Source: Patescibacteria group bacterium
Lineage (GTDB): Bacteria; Patescibacteriota; Minisyncoccia; JACROR01
Direction: 5' to 3'
Length of the DNA: 34,897 nt
Assembly (NCBI GenBank): GCA_038064095.1
Contig: JBBTTT010000059.1
Span: forward strand, 1-34,897
Shown here one piece after another: positions 8,355-15,551 of this stretch. Position 1 is the stretch's first letter. Every line of letters begins with the position of its first letter. The notes beneath the pieces were generated by a model. That model was not told the origin of the DNA and did no database searches. It worked only from the letters and a program-made list of their open reading frames with translations. Position numbers and translations under genes: made by a program.

Positions 8355-8384
8355 GTATACCATCAATTAAAAATTTTTGGCAAT
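8355..8384 (-). promoter_or_regulatory. Sigma70-type promoter of the thiolase-lipoprotein operon
   Basis: The minus strand reads TTGCCA (8384-8379), an 18-nt spacer, then TGgTATACT (hexamer 8360-8355). The spacer sequence also resembles the por promoter (ATACCAyCAATyAAAA-TTTT-GCAAT on the plus strand). Confidence 0.4.
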
Positions 8385-8409
8385 CTATTCACAATCCCAA
8401 TGACTTATC

Positions 8410-8437
8410 TTGTTTTCCCCTGATTATTGTTTAAAAT
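8410..8437 (+). promoter_or_regulatory. Candidate promoter of the tryptophanase-like gene, implying a leaderless mRNA
   Basis: TTGTTT, a 16-nt spacer, then TAAAAT. The -10 ends 7 nt before the ATG at 8445 and there is no SD. Confidence 0.35.
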
Positions 8438-8444
8438 AATAGCA

Positions 8445-9815
8445 ATGATGTTTTTTCCTCCTCCGTGGAAAATAAAAATGGTTGAGCCAACCCGCTTGAT
8501 CTCGCGGCCGGCCCGCGAAAAAGCCGTTAAAGCCGCGGGCTTTAACACTTTTTTGCTCAAATCACGCGATGTTTTTATTGATCTTTTGACCGATTCCGGA
8601 ACCTCGGCGATGTCAGACCAACAGTGGGCGGGTTTGATGATCGGAGACGAAGCTTACGCCGGATCGGAAAATTTTTATAATTTGAAAAAAGCCGTCAAAG
8701 ACATTTACGGCTTTCCTTATTTCGTGCCAACCCATCAGGGAAGAGGCGCGGAGCATCTGGCCGCGAAAGCGCTTGTCAAAGAAAGCCAATATGTTCTTTC
8801 CAATATGTATTTCACGACTTCGCGGGAGCATGTTGAGCGCCAAGGCGGCGTTTGGCGCGACTGCATTGTCAAAGAAGCTTATCATCCAAAAAATAAATAT
8901 CCTTTCAAAGGCAATTTTAATATCGCCAAAACAGCGACTTTTATCAAAAAATTCGGATCAAAACAAATTGCTTTTATCAGAGTTGAACCCGGCTGCAATA
9001 TGGCCGGAGGCCAGCCGGTTTCAATGAAAAATTTAAAAGCTCTGCGTTTTCTTGCCCGAAAACATAAAATTCTTCTGATGATGGATGCCACCCGGGCGCT
9101 TGAAAACGCTTATTTTATAAAAATCCGCGAATCGGGCTGGAGCGATCAGCCGGTAAAAATGATTCTGAAAACTATGACGAGTCTGGTTGACGGCGTTACC
9201 GTCAGTTCCAAAAAAGATAATTTGGTCAATATCGGCGGATTTTTGGCAACGCGCGACAAAAAATTATTTGAAGAAGCGCGGGCTTTGGTGGTGGTTTACG
9301 AAGGATTGCACACTTACGGCGGGATGGCCGGCCGCGATATGGAGGCGCTGGCCCGCGGCATCCGCGAGATGACGGATGACGAATATATCCGGCACAGGAT
9401 TGAGCAGGTAAGATGGTTCGGGGATTTGCTTAAAAATGCCGGCGTGCCGATTATTTTGCCGATCGGCGGACACGCGGTCTATCTTGACGCCAAAAGATTT
9501 TTACCCCACATTCCTTCGGCGCAATATCCGGCGCAGGCTTTGGCCGCGGCGATTTATGAAGAAAACGGGGTTCGTTCAATGGAGCGCGGCTCGGTTTCGG
9601 CAGGCCGCAATCCTAAAACCGGAAAAGAACACGGCTCAAGACTGGAGCTGGTGAGACTGACCGTGCCGCGCCGCGTCTATACCAATGATCATCTCGGTTT
9701 CGCGGTTGACGGCATTATCCGGCTTTTCAAAAAACGAAAAACCATCCGCGGCCTGAAAATGATTTATGAGCCGAAACAACTTCGTTTCTTCCAAGCCCGT
9801 TTCAGAAGAATATAA
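8445..9815 (+). CDS. tnaA: PLP-dependent beta-eliminating lyase (tryptophanase / tyrosine phenol-lyase family)
   Basis: DVFIDLLTDSGTSAMSDQQWAGLMIGDEAYAGSENFYNLKKAVKDIYGFPYFVPTHQGRGAEHL closely tracks the E. coli TnaA N-terminal region. The PLP-lysine motif is SSKKDNLVNIGG. TnaA and TPL cannot be told apart by eye. Confidence 0.85.
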   Translation: MMFFPPPWKIKMVEPTRLISRPAREKAVKAAGFNTFLLKSRDVFIDLLTDSGTSAMSDQQWAGLMIGDEAYAGSENFYNLKKAVKDIYGFPYFVPTHQGRGAEHLAAKALVKESQYVLSNMYFTTSREHVERQGGVWRDCIVKEAYHPKNKYPFKGNFNIAKTATFIKKFGSKQIAFIRVEPGCNMAGGQPVSMKNLKALRFLARKHKILLMMDATRALENAYFIKIRESGWSDQPVKMILKTMTSLVDGVTVSSKKDNLVNIGGFLATRDKKLFEEARALVVVYEGLHTYGGMAGRDMEALARGIREMTDDEYIRHRIEQVRWFGDLLKNAGVPIILPIGGHAVYLDAKRFLPHIPSAQYPAQALAAAIYEENGVRSMERGSVSAGRNPKTGKEHGSRLELVRLTVPRRVYTNDHLGFAVDGIIRLFKKRKTIRGLKMIYEPKQLRFFQARFRRI

Positions 9816-9837
9816 ATTAATTTATATTAATTTTTGT

Positions 9838-9881
9838 AAATTACCCCATTAACTCACGATCGTAGATATTTGGGGTAATTT
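9838..9881. terminator. Long hairpin between convergent genes (candidate bidirectional terminator)
   Basis: AAATTACCCCA and TGGGGTAATTT form an 11-bp perfect stem with a 22-nt loop containing CGATCG. Short T-runs follow on both strands. Confidence 0.45.
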
Positions 9882-9915
9882 TAAAAAAAGTTAAAATAAT
9901 TAAAATAAATTAAAT

Positions 9916-10926
9916 TTATTTTATTCTTCTTTGCAAAAATTCCAGAGTCTTGATTGCCGATTCGTCATCATCAGCCATCATTCCGAGAATTTCAAAAGTT
10001 GTTTTATCAAAGGATTCTTTTATCAATCTTGCCATCGGCAGCAAGCGGCCGGTAAAATGGGCTTTGGCAAAAACATCAAGTAAAACTTCGTCGGGAGAAG
10101 CAAATTTGTCCTTATTATTTTCATAAATTTTTGAAACAAGCAAATTTAAAACTTTTCTTTGCCAAAAATAGCTAAAATTCGCGTAAAATTCATCGTTAAA
10201 AGAAATAATTTCGTCAATTGGAATATCCGCCTTTTGAGAAATTTCTTCCTTTAATTCTTTCGCCTCTCCGCTTTCCGACTGTTTCTTTTTTTCTTTTAAA
10301 ATCGGATGTTCAATTAATTTTTTAAAATATCTTTTTTCCATCTCCGTTGTAACCGCTTCTTCCAATCCTCTGAAATGTTCATGTCCTTTATTTTCTTTAT
10401 CTTTTTTATTTGCCGAAAAAACAGCCAAACCGGCTCTGAAAGGGCTGACCGTTTCCATATCTTTTTCTCCCGTCTTTTCAACTTCCAAAGCGAAATGTCC
10501 TTTTAAATGGAACATTTCATGGAATATTATTGAGCCAAAATAGACCGGATCTGATTTAAAAACTTTCGCGTTAAGAAGAATAGCTCTTTCTTGATAGTGG
10601 GTTATCGCGCTGTAATTGCCGGCTATTTTATTGGATTTTTTGTATAATTCCGGAGGCAAAATGTGAATATTTTTCAAGGGAATGTCAAAAGACGGAACTC
10701 CCAATTTTTCCATTAAATCGTTCAATTCATTGTCAGCCGCGAAAATTAATTCTTTTTCTTGGGGAGTTTTTTCGTATTCCAAAGATTCCAGCTCTTTTCT
10801 CGCTTCTTCCGAAATATCCACTAAATGATCTTCGTAAAAATAACGGCGGAATCTTTCTTTAACCGACTCTTTTGTTTTTTCCGGCGCGGCGCCGACAATT
10901 TTTGGTTTTGGCTCAAATTTTTCCAT
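9916..10926 (-). CDS. Hypothetical HExxH (gluzincin-like) metalloprotease-domain protein
   Basis: It carries IIFHEMFHLKG (HExxH) and, about 50 aa downstream, GLEEAVTTEME as a possible third ligand. The start is taken at the ATG at 10924-10926. The tracked ORF's 48 extra N-terminal codons are two tRNA genes read in frame. Confidence 0.65.
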   Translation of the reverse strand: MEKFEPKPKIVGAAPEKTKESVKERFRRYFYEDHLVDISEEARKELESLEYEKTPQEKELIFAADNELNDLMEKLGVPSFDIPLKNIHILPPELYKKSNKIAGNYSAITHYQERAILLNAKVFKSDPVYFGSIIFHEMFHLKGHFALEVEKTGEKDMETVSPFRAGLAVFSANKKDKENKGHEHFRGLEEAVTTEMEKRYFKKLIEHPILKEKKKQSESGEAKELKEEISQKADIPIDEIISFNDEFYANFSYFWQRKVLNLLVSKIYENNKDKFASPDEVLLDVFAKAHFTGRLLPMARLIKESFDKTTFEILGMMADDDESAIKTLEFLQRRIK

Positions 10927-10934
10927 AGAATAAA

Positions 10935-11008
10935 TGGTGGACCTAGGGAGAATCGAACTCCCGTCTCCACAATGCGAATGTGGCGTCGTACCACTAGACC
11001 ATAGGCCC
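10935..11008 (-). tRNA. tRNA-Ala(CGC), CCA encoded
   Basis: The cloverleaf folded by hand has acceptor GGGCCTA/TAGGTCC with G3:U70, anticodon arm CCACA-TTCGCAT-TGTGG and T arm GGGAG-TTCGATT-CTCCC. The 3' end is ACCA. Confidence 0.8.
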
Positions 11009-11013
11009 AACTG

Positions 11014-11084
11014 TCGGAGCGCCGAGAATCGAACTCGGGTCTCACCCTCCCGAAGGGTGTATACTACCACTATACTACGCTCCG
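11014..11084 (-). tRNA. tRNA-Pro(CGG), no encoded CCA
   Basis: Acceptor CGGAGCG/CGCTCCG, anticodon arm CACCC-TTCGGGA-GGGTG (G37), T arm CCGAG-TTCGATT-CTCGG and discriminator A, followed by CAG rather than CCA. Confidence 0.75.
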
Positions 11085-11114
11085 ATAAATTTTAGTGCGA
11101 GGCAAAAACCTGTA

Positions 11115-12572
11115 TCATTTTACATAATACTTTTCTCTTATTTCTCCCACTTCTTCTTCTTCAATCGTCATGCTTTTTTTCTTGGCTTCTTTGCCTAATT
11201 TTTCCAGCTCTTTATTAGGCAAAATCGCCAATTCCTTGGCTTTTTTCTCCAAATATTCCGCGGTATTAAATTTTGGATCATTTAAAACATCTTCCAACAA
11301 GATATTCAAAATATGGCCTATTTTGGGGCCGGGTTCAAGGCCGGTTATTTCCATCAGCCGATTGCCGTTTACTTTAAGCATTTTAACGGAAATGGGATCG
11401 CGAAGCGCTTGTTCAACCATTGCCTGATATTTTCTAAGGCGAAACGGCCGTTCTTTGGGCCGGCCCATCCCCACCCGGTCGCAAAAACGCACTTTCATCA
11501 AGTCCCAAATATTTTCCGGGCCGACATTTCTCACCAAGCGGCGCACCGCGGAAAGGGTAATCACATCGGTATCTGAAAAAAATAAATGATAGCGGACGAG
11601 CTTAGAAACCGTTTCCGTGAATTTTTTGGAAAATTTAAGGCGGGAGAGGATTTCTTTCGTCATTCTGCCTCCGATCACGTCATGGCTGTAAAAAGTGGAG
11701 TCCGGGCCTTCGCCGCGTTTGGCGCGCGGTTTCCCCACATCATGCAAAAGCGCGGCCATTCTGACTTCCAAACTGTAATTATTCTTCACCGCGTGCTCCA
11801 ACGAACGCAAATTATGCTCCCAAACCTTAAAAACATGATCTTTATTTTGCGTTACGCCCCAGCCCTCTTCAAGTTCCGGCAAAACATGCTTAAGAATGCC
11901 GGTTTCCCGCATTATTTCCAGCCCTTTTTGCGGCTGATCGGACATTATTATTTTAACAAGTTCGTCCTTAACGCGCTCTTTGGCAATAATTTCCAATAAC
12001 GGAGATTTTTCTTTGATTGCCTGAATGGTTTTTTCTTCAATTTTAAAATCAAGCTCCGCGGCCAAACGCGCGGCCCGCATAATCCGCAAAGCGTCTTCTT
12101 CAAAACGCTTCGTTGGCTCACCCACGGCCCGAATAACGGCTTTTTTTAAATCTTCCTGCCCTCTAAAAAGATCAATCAGCTCGCCGGACTCCCAATCCAA
12201 AGCCATCGCGTTTACGGTAAAATCGCGGCGGCTCAAGTCGTCTTCCAATTTTTTGGTGAATTTTACTTCATCGGGATGACGTTTGTCGGAATATTTTGAC
12301 TCCAGACGAAAAGGCGTAATTTCCACGACTTTTAACGTTTCATCTTCGGAATCGGTTATCGCGCTGACCGTGCCGAACTGGTTCTCATAAAAACTTTTTT
12401 CGTAAAGTTTTTCAATTTCTTCCGGCCGGGCATTGGTGGTAATATCCCAGTCTTTCGGTTTTTTGCCCGACAAAAGATCGCGCACGCACCCGCCCACCAA
12501 ATAGGCCTCATACCCCGCGTTTTTTAGAGCGCCATAAACCCTTTTTATCTCTTTGGGAATTTTATGTTTCAT
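11115..12572 (-). CDS. cca: CCA-adding tRNA nucleotidyltransferase with HD domain
   Basis: It has the polymerase-beta head motif YLVGGCVRDLLSGKKPKDWDITT, then RRDFTVNAMA and the HD motif LLHDVGKP. The start is the ATG at 12570-12572 (MKHKIPKEI). The upstream codons of the tracked ORF are tRNA-Arg read in frame. Confidence 0.85.
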   Translation of the reverse strand: MKHKIPKEIKRVYGALKNAGYEAYLVGGCVRDLLSGKKPKDWDITTNARPEEIEKLYEKSFYENQFGTVSAITDSEDETLKVVEITPFRLESKYSDKRHPDEVKFTKKLEDDLSRRDFTVNAMALDWESGELIDLFRGQEDLKKAVIRAVGEPTKRFEEDALRIMRAARLAAELDFKIEEKTIQAIKEKSPLLEIIAKERVKDELVKIIMSDQPQKGLEIMRETGILKHVLPELEEGWGVTQNKDHVFKVWEHNLRSLEHAVKNNYSLEVRMAALLHDVGKPRAKRGEGPDSTFYSHDVIGGRMTKEILSRLKFSKKFTETVSKLVRYHLFFSDTDVITLSAVRRLVRNVGPENIWDLMKVRFCDRVGMGRPKERPFRLRKYQAMVEQALRDPISVKMLKVNGNRLMEITGLEPGPKIGHILNILLEDVLNDPKFNTAEYLEKKAKELAILPNKELEKLGKEAKKKSMTIEEEEVGEIREKYYVK

Positions 12573-12574
12573 TA

Positions 12575-12646
12575 CGCTCTCGGAGGGATTCGAACCCCCA
12601 ACAACTGGTCCGAAGCCAGTCGTGATATCCATTTCACCACGAGAGC
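12575..12646 (-). tRNA. tRNA-Arg(TCG), no encoded CCA
   Basis: Acceptor GCTCTCG/CGAGAGC, D arm GTGA/TCAC, anticodon arm ACTGG-CTTCGGA-CCAGT and T arm GGGGG-TTCGAAT-CCCTC. The discriminator G is followed by TA and then the cca ATG. Confidence 0.75.
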
Positions 12647-12675
12647 AAGTTATTTTTAATTTTAGTGTATTTTCT

Positions 12676-12704
12676 TTGAAAAACAAGTCTAAAAATAGTA
12701 TATT
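12676..12704 (+). promoter_or_regulatory. Near-consensus promoter for tRNA-Arg(CCG)
   Basis: TTGAAA, a 17-nt spacer, then TATATT. The -10 hexamer ends at 12704, 30 nt upstream of the tRNA 5' end. Confidence 0.45.
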
Positions 12705-12734
12705 TTAATAATAATGGATTACGCGTCTTTTATT

Positions 12735-12809
12735 CTCCCCGTAGTTTAATGGACAGAACATAGGTTTCCGGAACCTAAAATGGGGGTTCGATTCCTCCCG
12801 GGGGGACCA
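12735..12809 (+). tRNA. tRNA-Arg(CCG), CCA encoded
   Basis: Acceptor CTCCCCG/CGGGGGG, D arm GTTT/GAAC, anticodon arm TAGGT-TTCCGGA-ACCTA and T arm GGGGG-TTCGATT-CCTCC. The 3' end is ACCA. Confidence 0.75.
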
Positions 12810-12888
12810 GCGAAGAGTTGATGTTATCAAACTTCAAAAATTGAAGAGAGTTGAAATTCACTAAATGGCGCGTTATTCTTAATTTATT

Positions 12889-13641
12889 ATGCGAAACAAC
12901 GACTCAAGATTAAAAAATATTTTTATCGTTATTTTTCTCGGCTTTCTGATGTTAATTATTATTTATTCGCTTTTCTGGGGGCCGGCCGGAAAACTAACCG
13001 ATTCTTTGATGCCGATAAGAACAATTTTGGTTTCCGGCGAAGGCAAAGCAATCATTGAACCGAATACCGCCAGAATTTCATTTTCGGTTTTCTCCGAAGG
13101 GGCTAATCCGGAAATTTTAATCAAAGACAACATCAAAAAAATGAACGCTGCCGTTGATTTCATAAAATCAAAAGACATTGACGTTAAAGACATTAAAACA
13201 ACCCAATATGATTTGCGGCCGGTTTCCGAATACAATGAAGAAAAAAAGCGTTCTTTCATCAGCGGTTATCAAATGACTCAAACGGTTTCGGTAAAAATAC
13301 GCGATTTAACAAAACTGGCGGAAATCCTCGGCGGCTTGCCCGAACTGGGCATTAATCAGATTGATTCCGTCGCGTTTGAAATAGACGATCCGGAAAAATA
13401 TTTAACCGAAGCCAGAAATCAAGCCTTTGCCAAAGCCAGACAAAAAGCCGAAGAAATGGCGAAGGCGAATAACGTAAAACTTGATAAAATAATAAATTTC
13501 TCGGAATACCAAAACGGGGGACCGGCGCCTTATTATTACGGCGGTTTGGAAAGAACCGAATCTTTTAAAATAACCCCCTCTCTCCAGCCCGGAACTCAAG
13601 AAATAACGGTTTCGGCGAACATCACTTATCAGATAAAATAA
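12889..13641 (+). CDS. SIMPL/DUF541 (YggE-like) periplasmic or membrane-anchored protein
   Basis: An N-terminal TM anchor, then the typical SIMPL pattern: ...ISFSV...A...NA..M..V...IK...I...DIKT..Y.L.P.Y....GYQ..Q.V.V.IRD... and a C-terminal GTQEITVSANITYQI. Confidence 0.8.
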   Translation: MRNNDSRLKNIFIVIFLGFLMLIIIYSLFWGPAGKLTDSLMPIRTILVSGEGKAIIEPNTARISFSVFSEGANPEILIKDNIKKMNAAVDFIKSKDIDVKDIKTTQYDLRPVSEYNEEKKRSFISGYQMTQTVSVKIRDLTKLAEILGGLPELGINQIDSVAFEIDDPEKYLTEARNQAFAKARQKAEEMAKANNVKLDKIINFSEYQNGGPAPYYYGGLERTESFKITPSLQPGTQEITVSANITYQIK

Positions 13642-13647
13642 TCTTTT

Positions 13648-13811
13648 TGAATTACGAAATGACCATTTTCGCGACCCGCAAGCCGCTCCCGCGACGGCTT
13701 GCTCTATCCTCGGCGATTTGCTTTTTTGGTTCGCTTCGCGGACATTTTAACCAAAAAAGCGCCAAGCAAATCGCCTGCGGACGGTCGCGAAAATGGTCAT
13801 TTCGTAATTCA
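13648..13811. repeat. 164-bp foldback element with 29-bp perfect terminal inverted repeats and internal sub-hairpins (MITE-like element or structured RNA)
   Basis: TGAATTACGAAATGACCATTTTCGCGACC (13648-13676) is the exact reverse complement of 13783-13811. Inner pairings are GGCGATTTGCTT (13712-23) with AAGCAAATCGCC (13764-75), TTTTTTGGTT with AACCAAAAAA, and a side hairpin AAGCCG/CGGCTT (13680-13700). It fills the spacer between two + strand genes. Confidence 0.85.
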
Positions 13812-13818
13812 TATTCTT

Positions 13819-14508
13819 ATGAAAATTTCTCTCTTTGCTAAAGACGGCGTAAAAATCAGCGCCAATCTTTATCCCGCAGCAAAGCAAGCACGCTACGGGG
13901 CAAGTTCCGTTGAAAAACCGATCGGCTGGCTGGTTTTAATCCATATGATGCCCGCGACAAAAGAATCATGGCAGAATTTCGCGGAAAAAGCGCAAAATGA
14001 AAAATATGAAAGCATCGCCGTTGATTTGCGGGGACATGGCGAATCCAAAGGCGGGCCTGACGGATTTATTCATTTTACCGACGAAGAACATCAAAAAAGC
14101 ATTTTTGACGTCCAAGCCACGGTTGATTATTTGATAAATTCGCGCGGGGCGGCTCCCGCTAAAATTTTTCTGATCGGCGCGTCCATTGGGGCGAACCTCT
14201 CATTGGAATATCTGGCAGAAAATCCAAAATTTCCAGCCGCGGTTTCGCTTTCCGCGGGCTTAAATTATCGGGGAATTAAAACAGAACCATTGATTAAAAA
14301 TTTTCAAGCCGGCCAAAAAATCTTTTTTGTCAGTGCGAAAGACAACGGCGATAATGCCAAAGAAAACCAAAAACTTTATGAATTAACGCCGAATTATGTG
14401 AATAAAAAAATCAAAATTTTTAACACCGGAGGCCACGGCACCGATCTTTTAAAAAATAATCCAAATCTGGAAAATTTAATTTTTGAATTTTTGAAATCCT
14501 CCGCGTGA
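13819..14508 (+). CDS. Alpha/beta-fold hydrolase
   Basis: It has the HG oxyanion region (LVLIHMMP), the nucleophile elbow GASIGAN (GxSxG) and a C-terminal GGHGTDLL (His). The start is the ATG at 13819. The tracked ORF's upstream 40 codons lie in the foldback element. Confidence 0.75.
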   Translation: MKISLFAKDGVKISANLYPAAKQARYGASSVEKPIGWLVLIHMMPATKESWQNFAEKAQNEKYESIAVDLRGHGESKGGPDGFIHFTDEEHQKSIFDVQATVDYLINSRGAAPAKIFLIGASIGANLSLEYLAENPKFPAAVSLSAGLNYRGIKTEPLIKNFQAGQKIFFVSAKDNGDNAKENQKLYELTPNYVNKKIKIFNTGGHGTDLLKNNPNLENLIFEFLKSSA

Positions 14509-14519
14509 TTCTTAAACTC

Positions 14520-15503
14520 TTATTTCTTTCTCCTTTTTCCGTGAAAAGCGGAATGGATTTCGCGAAGTTGTTTATCGGTGACATGAGTGTAAACTTGAGT
14601 CGTGGCGATATTGGCGTGGCCCAAAAGAGCCTGCACCGAACGCAAATCCGCGCCGTTGGACAACAAATCAGTGGCAAAAACATGCCGCAAAATATGGGGA
14701 GTGACTTTTCGGGAAATCCCGGCAGCAATGGCGCAATGCCGGACTAAACGCTCCACCGAGCGCGGAGTAAGGCGGGCCTCCGCCTCGCCGAAGTGGCTAC
14801 GGCCACGCAGGCGGGATTTCTCGGAAAGAGCGTCTTTTTTTTTGCCGCCCTCAACGCTCGCTCGCCGAAAATTTATGAAAAGAGCTTCTTCCAAATCGCC
14901 GCGCTTTTCCAAATAATTTTTAAGCGCCTGCCGCGCCCGGTCGGATAAAAACACCACCCGCACTTTTTCGCCCTTGCCGCGCACGGAAAATTCGCCTTTC
15001 GCCAAATTGATGGAATCTTTATTTAATCCGCAAAGCTCGGAAACCCGCAAGCCCGTGGAAAACAAAAGCTCTAAAATCGCTTTGTCGCGCAATCCTTTAA
15101 GCGAATCAACGACCGGCGATTCCAAAAGTCGCTCCAGTTCATTTTCATCAATTAAGTCCAGCTCCCGGCTGCCGGTTTTTGCCAATTCAATCCGTTCGGC
15201 CGGCAACGTCTCAATTCCGCGTTTAACCAGATATTTCAAAAAAACGCGCAAGCCGATCAAATAATAATTTTGAGTCTTCTTTTTTATCTCGCCCTCCGCG
15301 ACTTTTTGTCTGTTAAGCCAAAGACGATAACGGCGCACTAAATCATCGCTGATTTCCCGCGGCTCGTTGATTTTAGAAAAATTCAGAAAGCGCTTGAGAT
15401 AACGATCGTAATTTTCCACGGTCTTTAAACTCCGGCCTTTTTCAATTTCCAGATATTCCAAAAATTCTTTACGCAGAGATTGAATCCCGTCAAAAGTTTT
15501 CAT
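14520..15503 (-). CDS. xerC: Tyrosine recombinase XerC/XerD family, with a roughly 28-aa internal insert
   Basis: The N-terminal SAM-like domain has YLEIEKGRSLKTVENYDRYLKRF. The catalytic domain has GLRVSEL (Arg I), TPHILRHVFATDLLSNGADLRSVQALLGHANIATTQVYTHV (HxxR, His, Tyr). Confidence 0.9.
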   Translation of the reverse strand: MKTFDGIQSLRKEFLEYLEIEKGRSLKTVENYDRYLKRFLNFSKINEPREISDDLVRRYRLWLNRQKVAEGEIKKKTQNYYLIGLRVFLKYLVKRGIETLPAERIELAKTGSRELDLIDENELERLLESPVVDSLKGLRDKAILELLFSTGLRVSELCGLNKDSINLAKGEFSVRGKGEKVRVVFLSDRARQALKNYLEKRGDLEEALFINFRRASVEGGKKKDALSEKSRLRGRSHFGEAEARLTPRSVERLVRHCAIAAGISRKVTPHILRHVFATDLLSNGADLRSVQALLGHANIATTQVYTHVTDKQLREIHSAFHGKRRKK

Positions 15504-15551
15504 ATGGATTATATTTATACTACCTCATCTCCAAATGTCGCACAATTTTTC

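Noticed and set aside
9916-12686. The N-terminal extensions of the tracked ORFs 9916..11070 and 11115..12686.
   Set aside because: The extra codons are tRNA-Ala/tRNA-Pro and tRNA-Arg genes read in frame (for example ...GFGPVVGGSNPSE is a T arm). Internal ATGs at 10926 and 12572 give sensible protein N-termini.
13647-13841. The 64-aa ORF and the 40-codon N-terminal extension of the hydrolase ORF (13699 start).
   Set aside because: Both lie entirely within the 164-bp foldback repeat. The equivalent peptide also appears upstream of yraN only because the repeat is there. The hydrolase has a clean ATG at 13819.
12575-15503. A possible integrated mobile element, given a tyrosine recombinase about 2 kb from a tRNA cluster.
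   Set aside because: The recombinase has the full XerC/D housekeeping signature. The intervening genes (SIMPL, hydrolase) are not phage- or ICE-like. I saw no direct repeat of a tRNA 3' end that would mark an att site.
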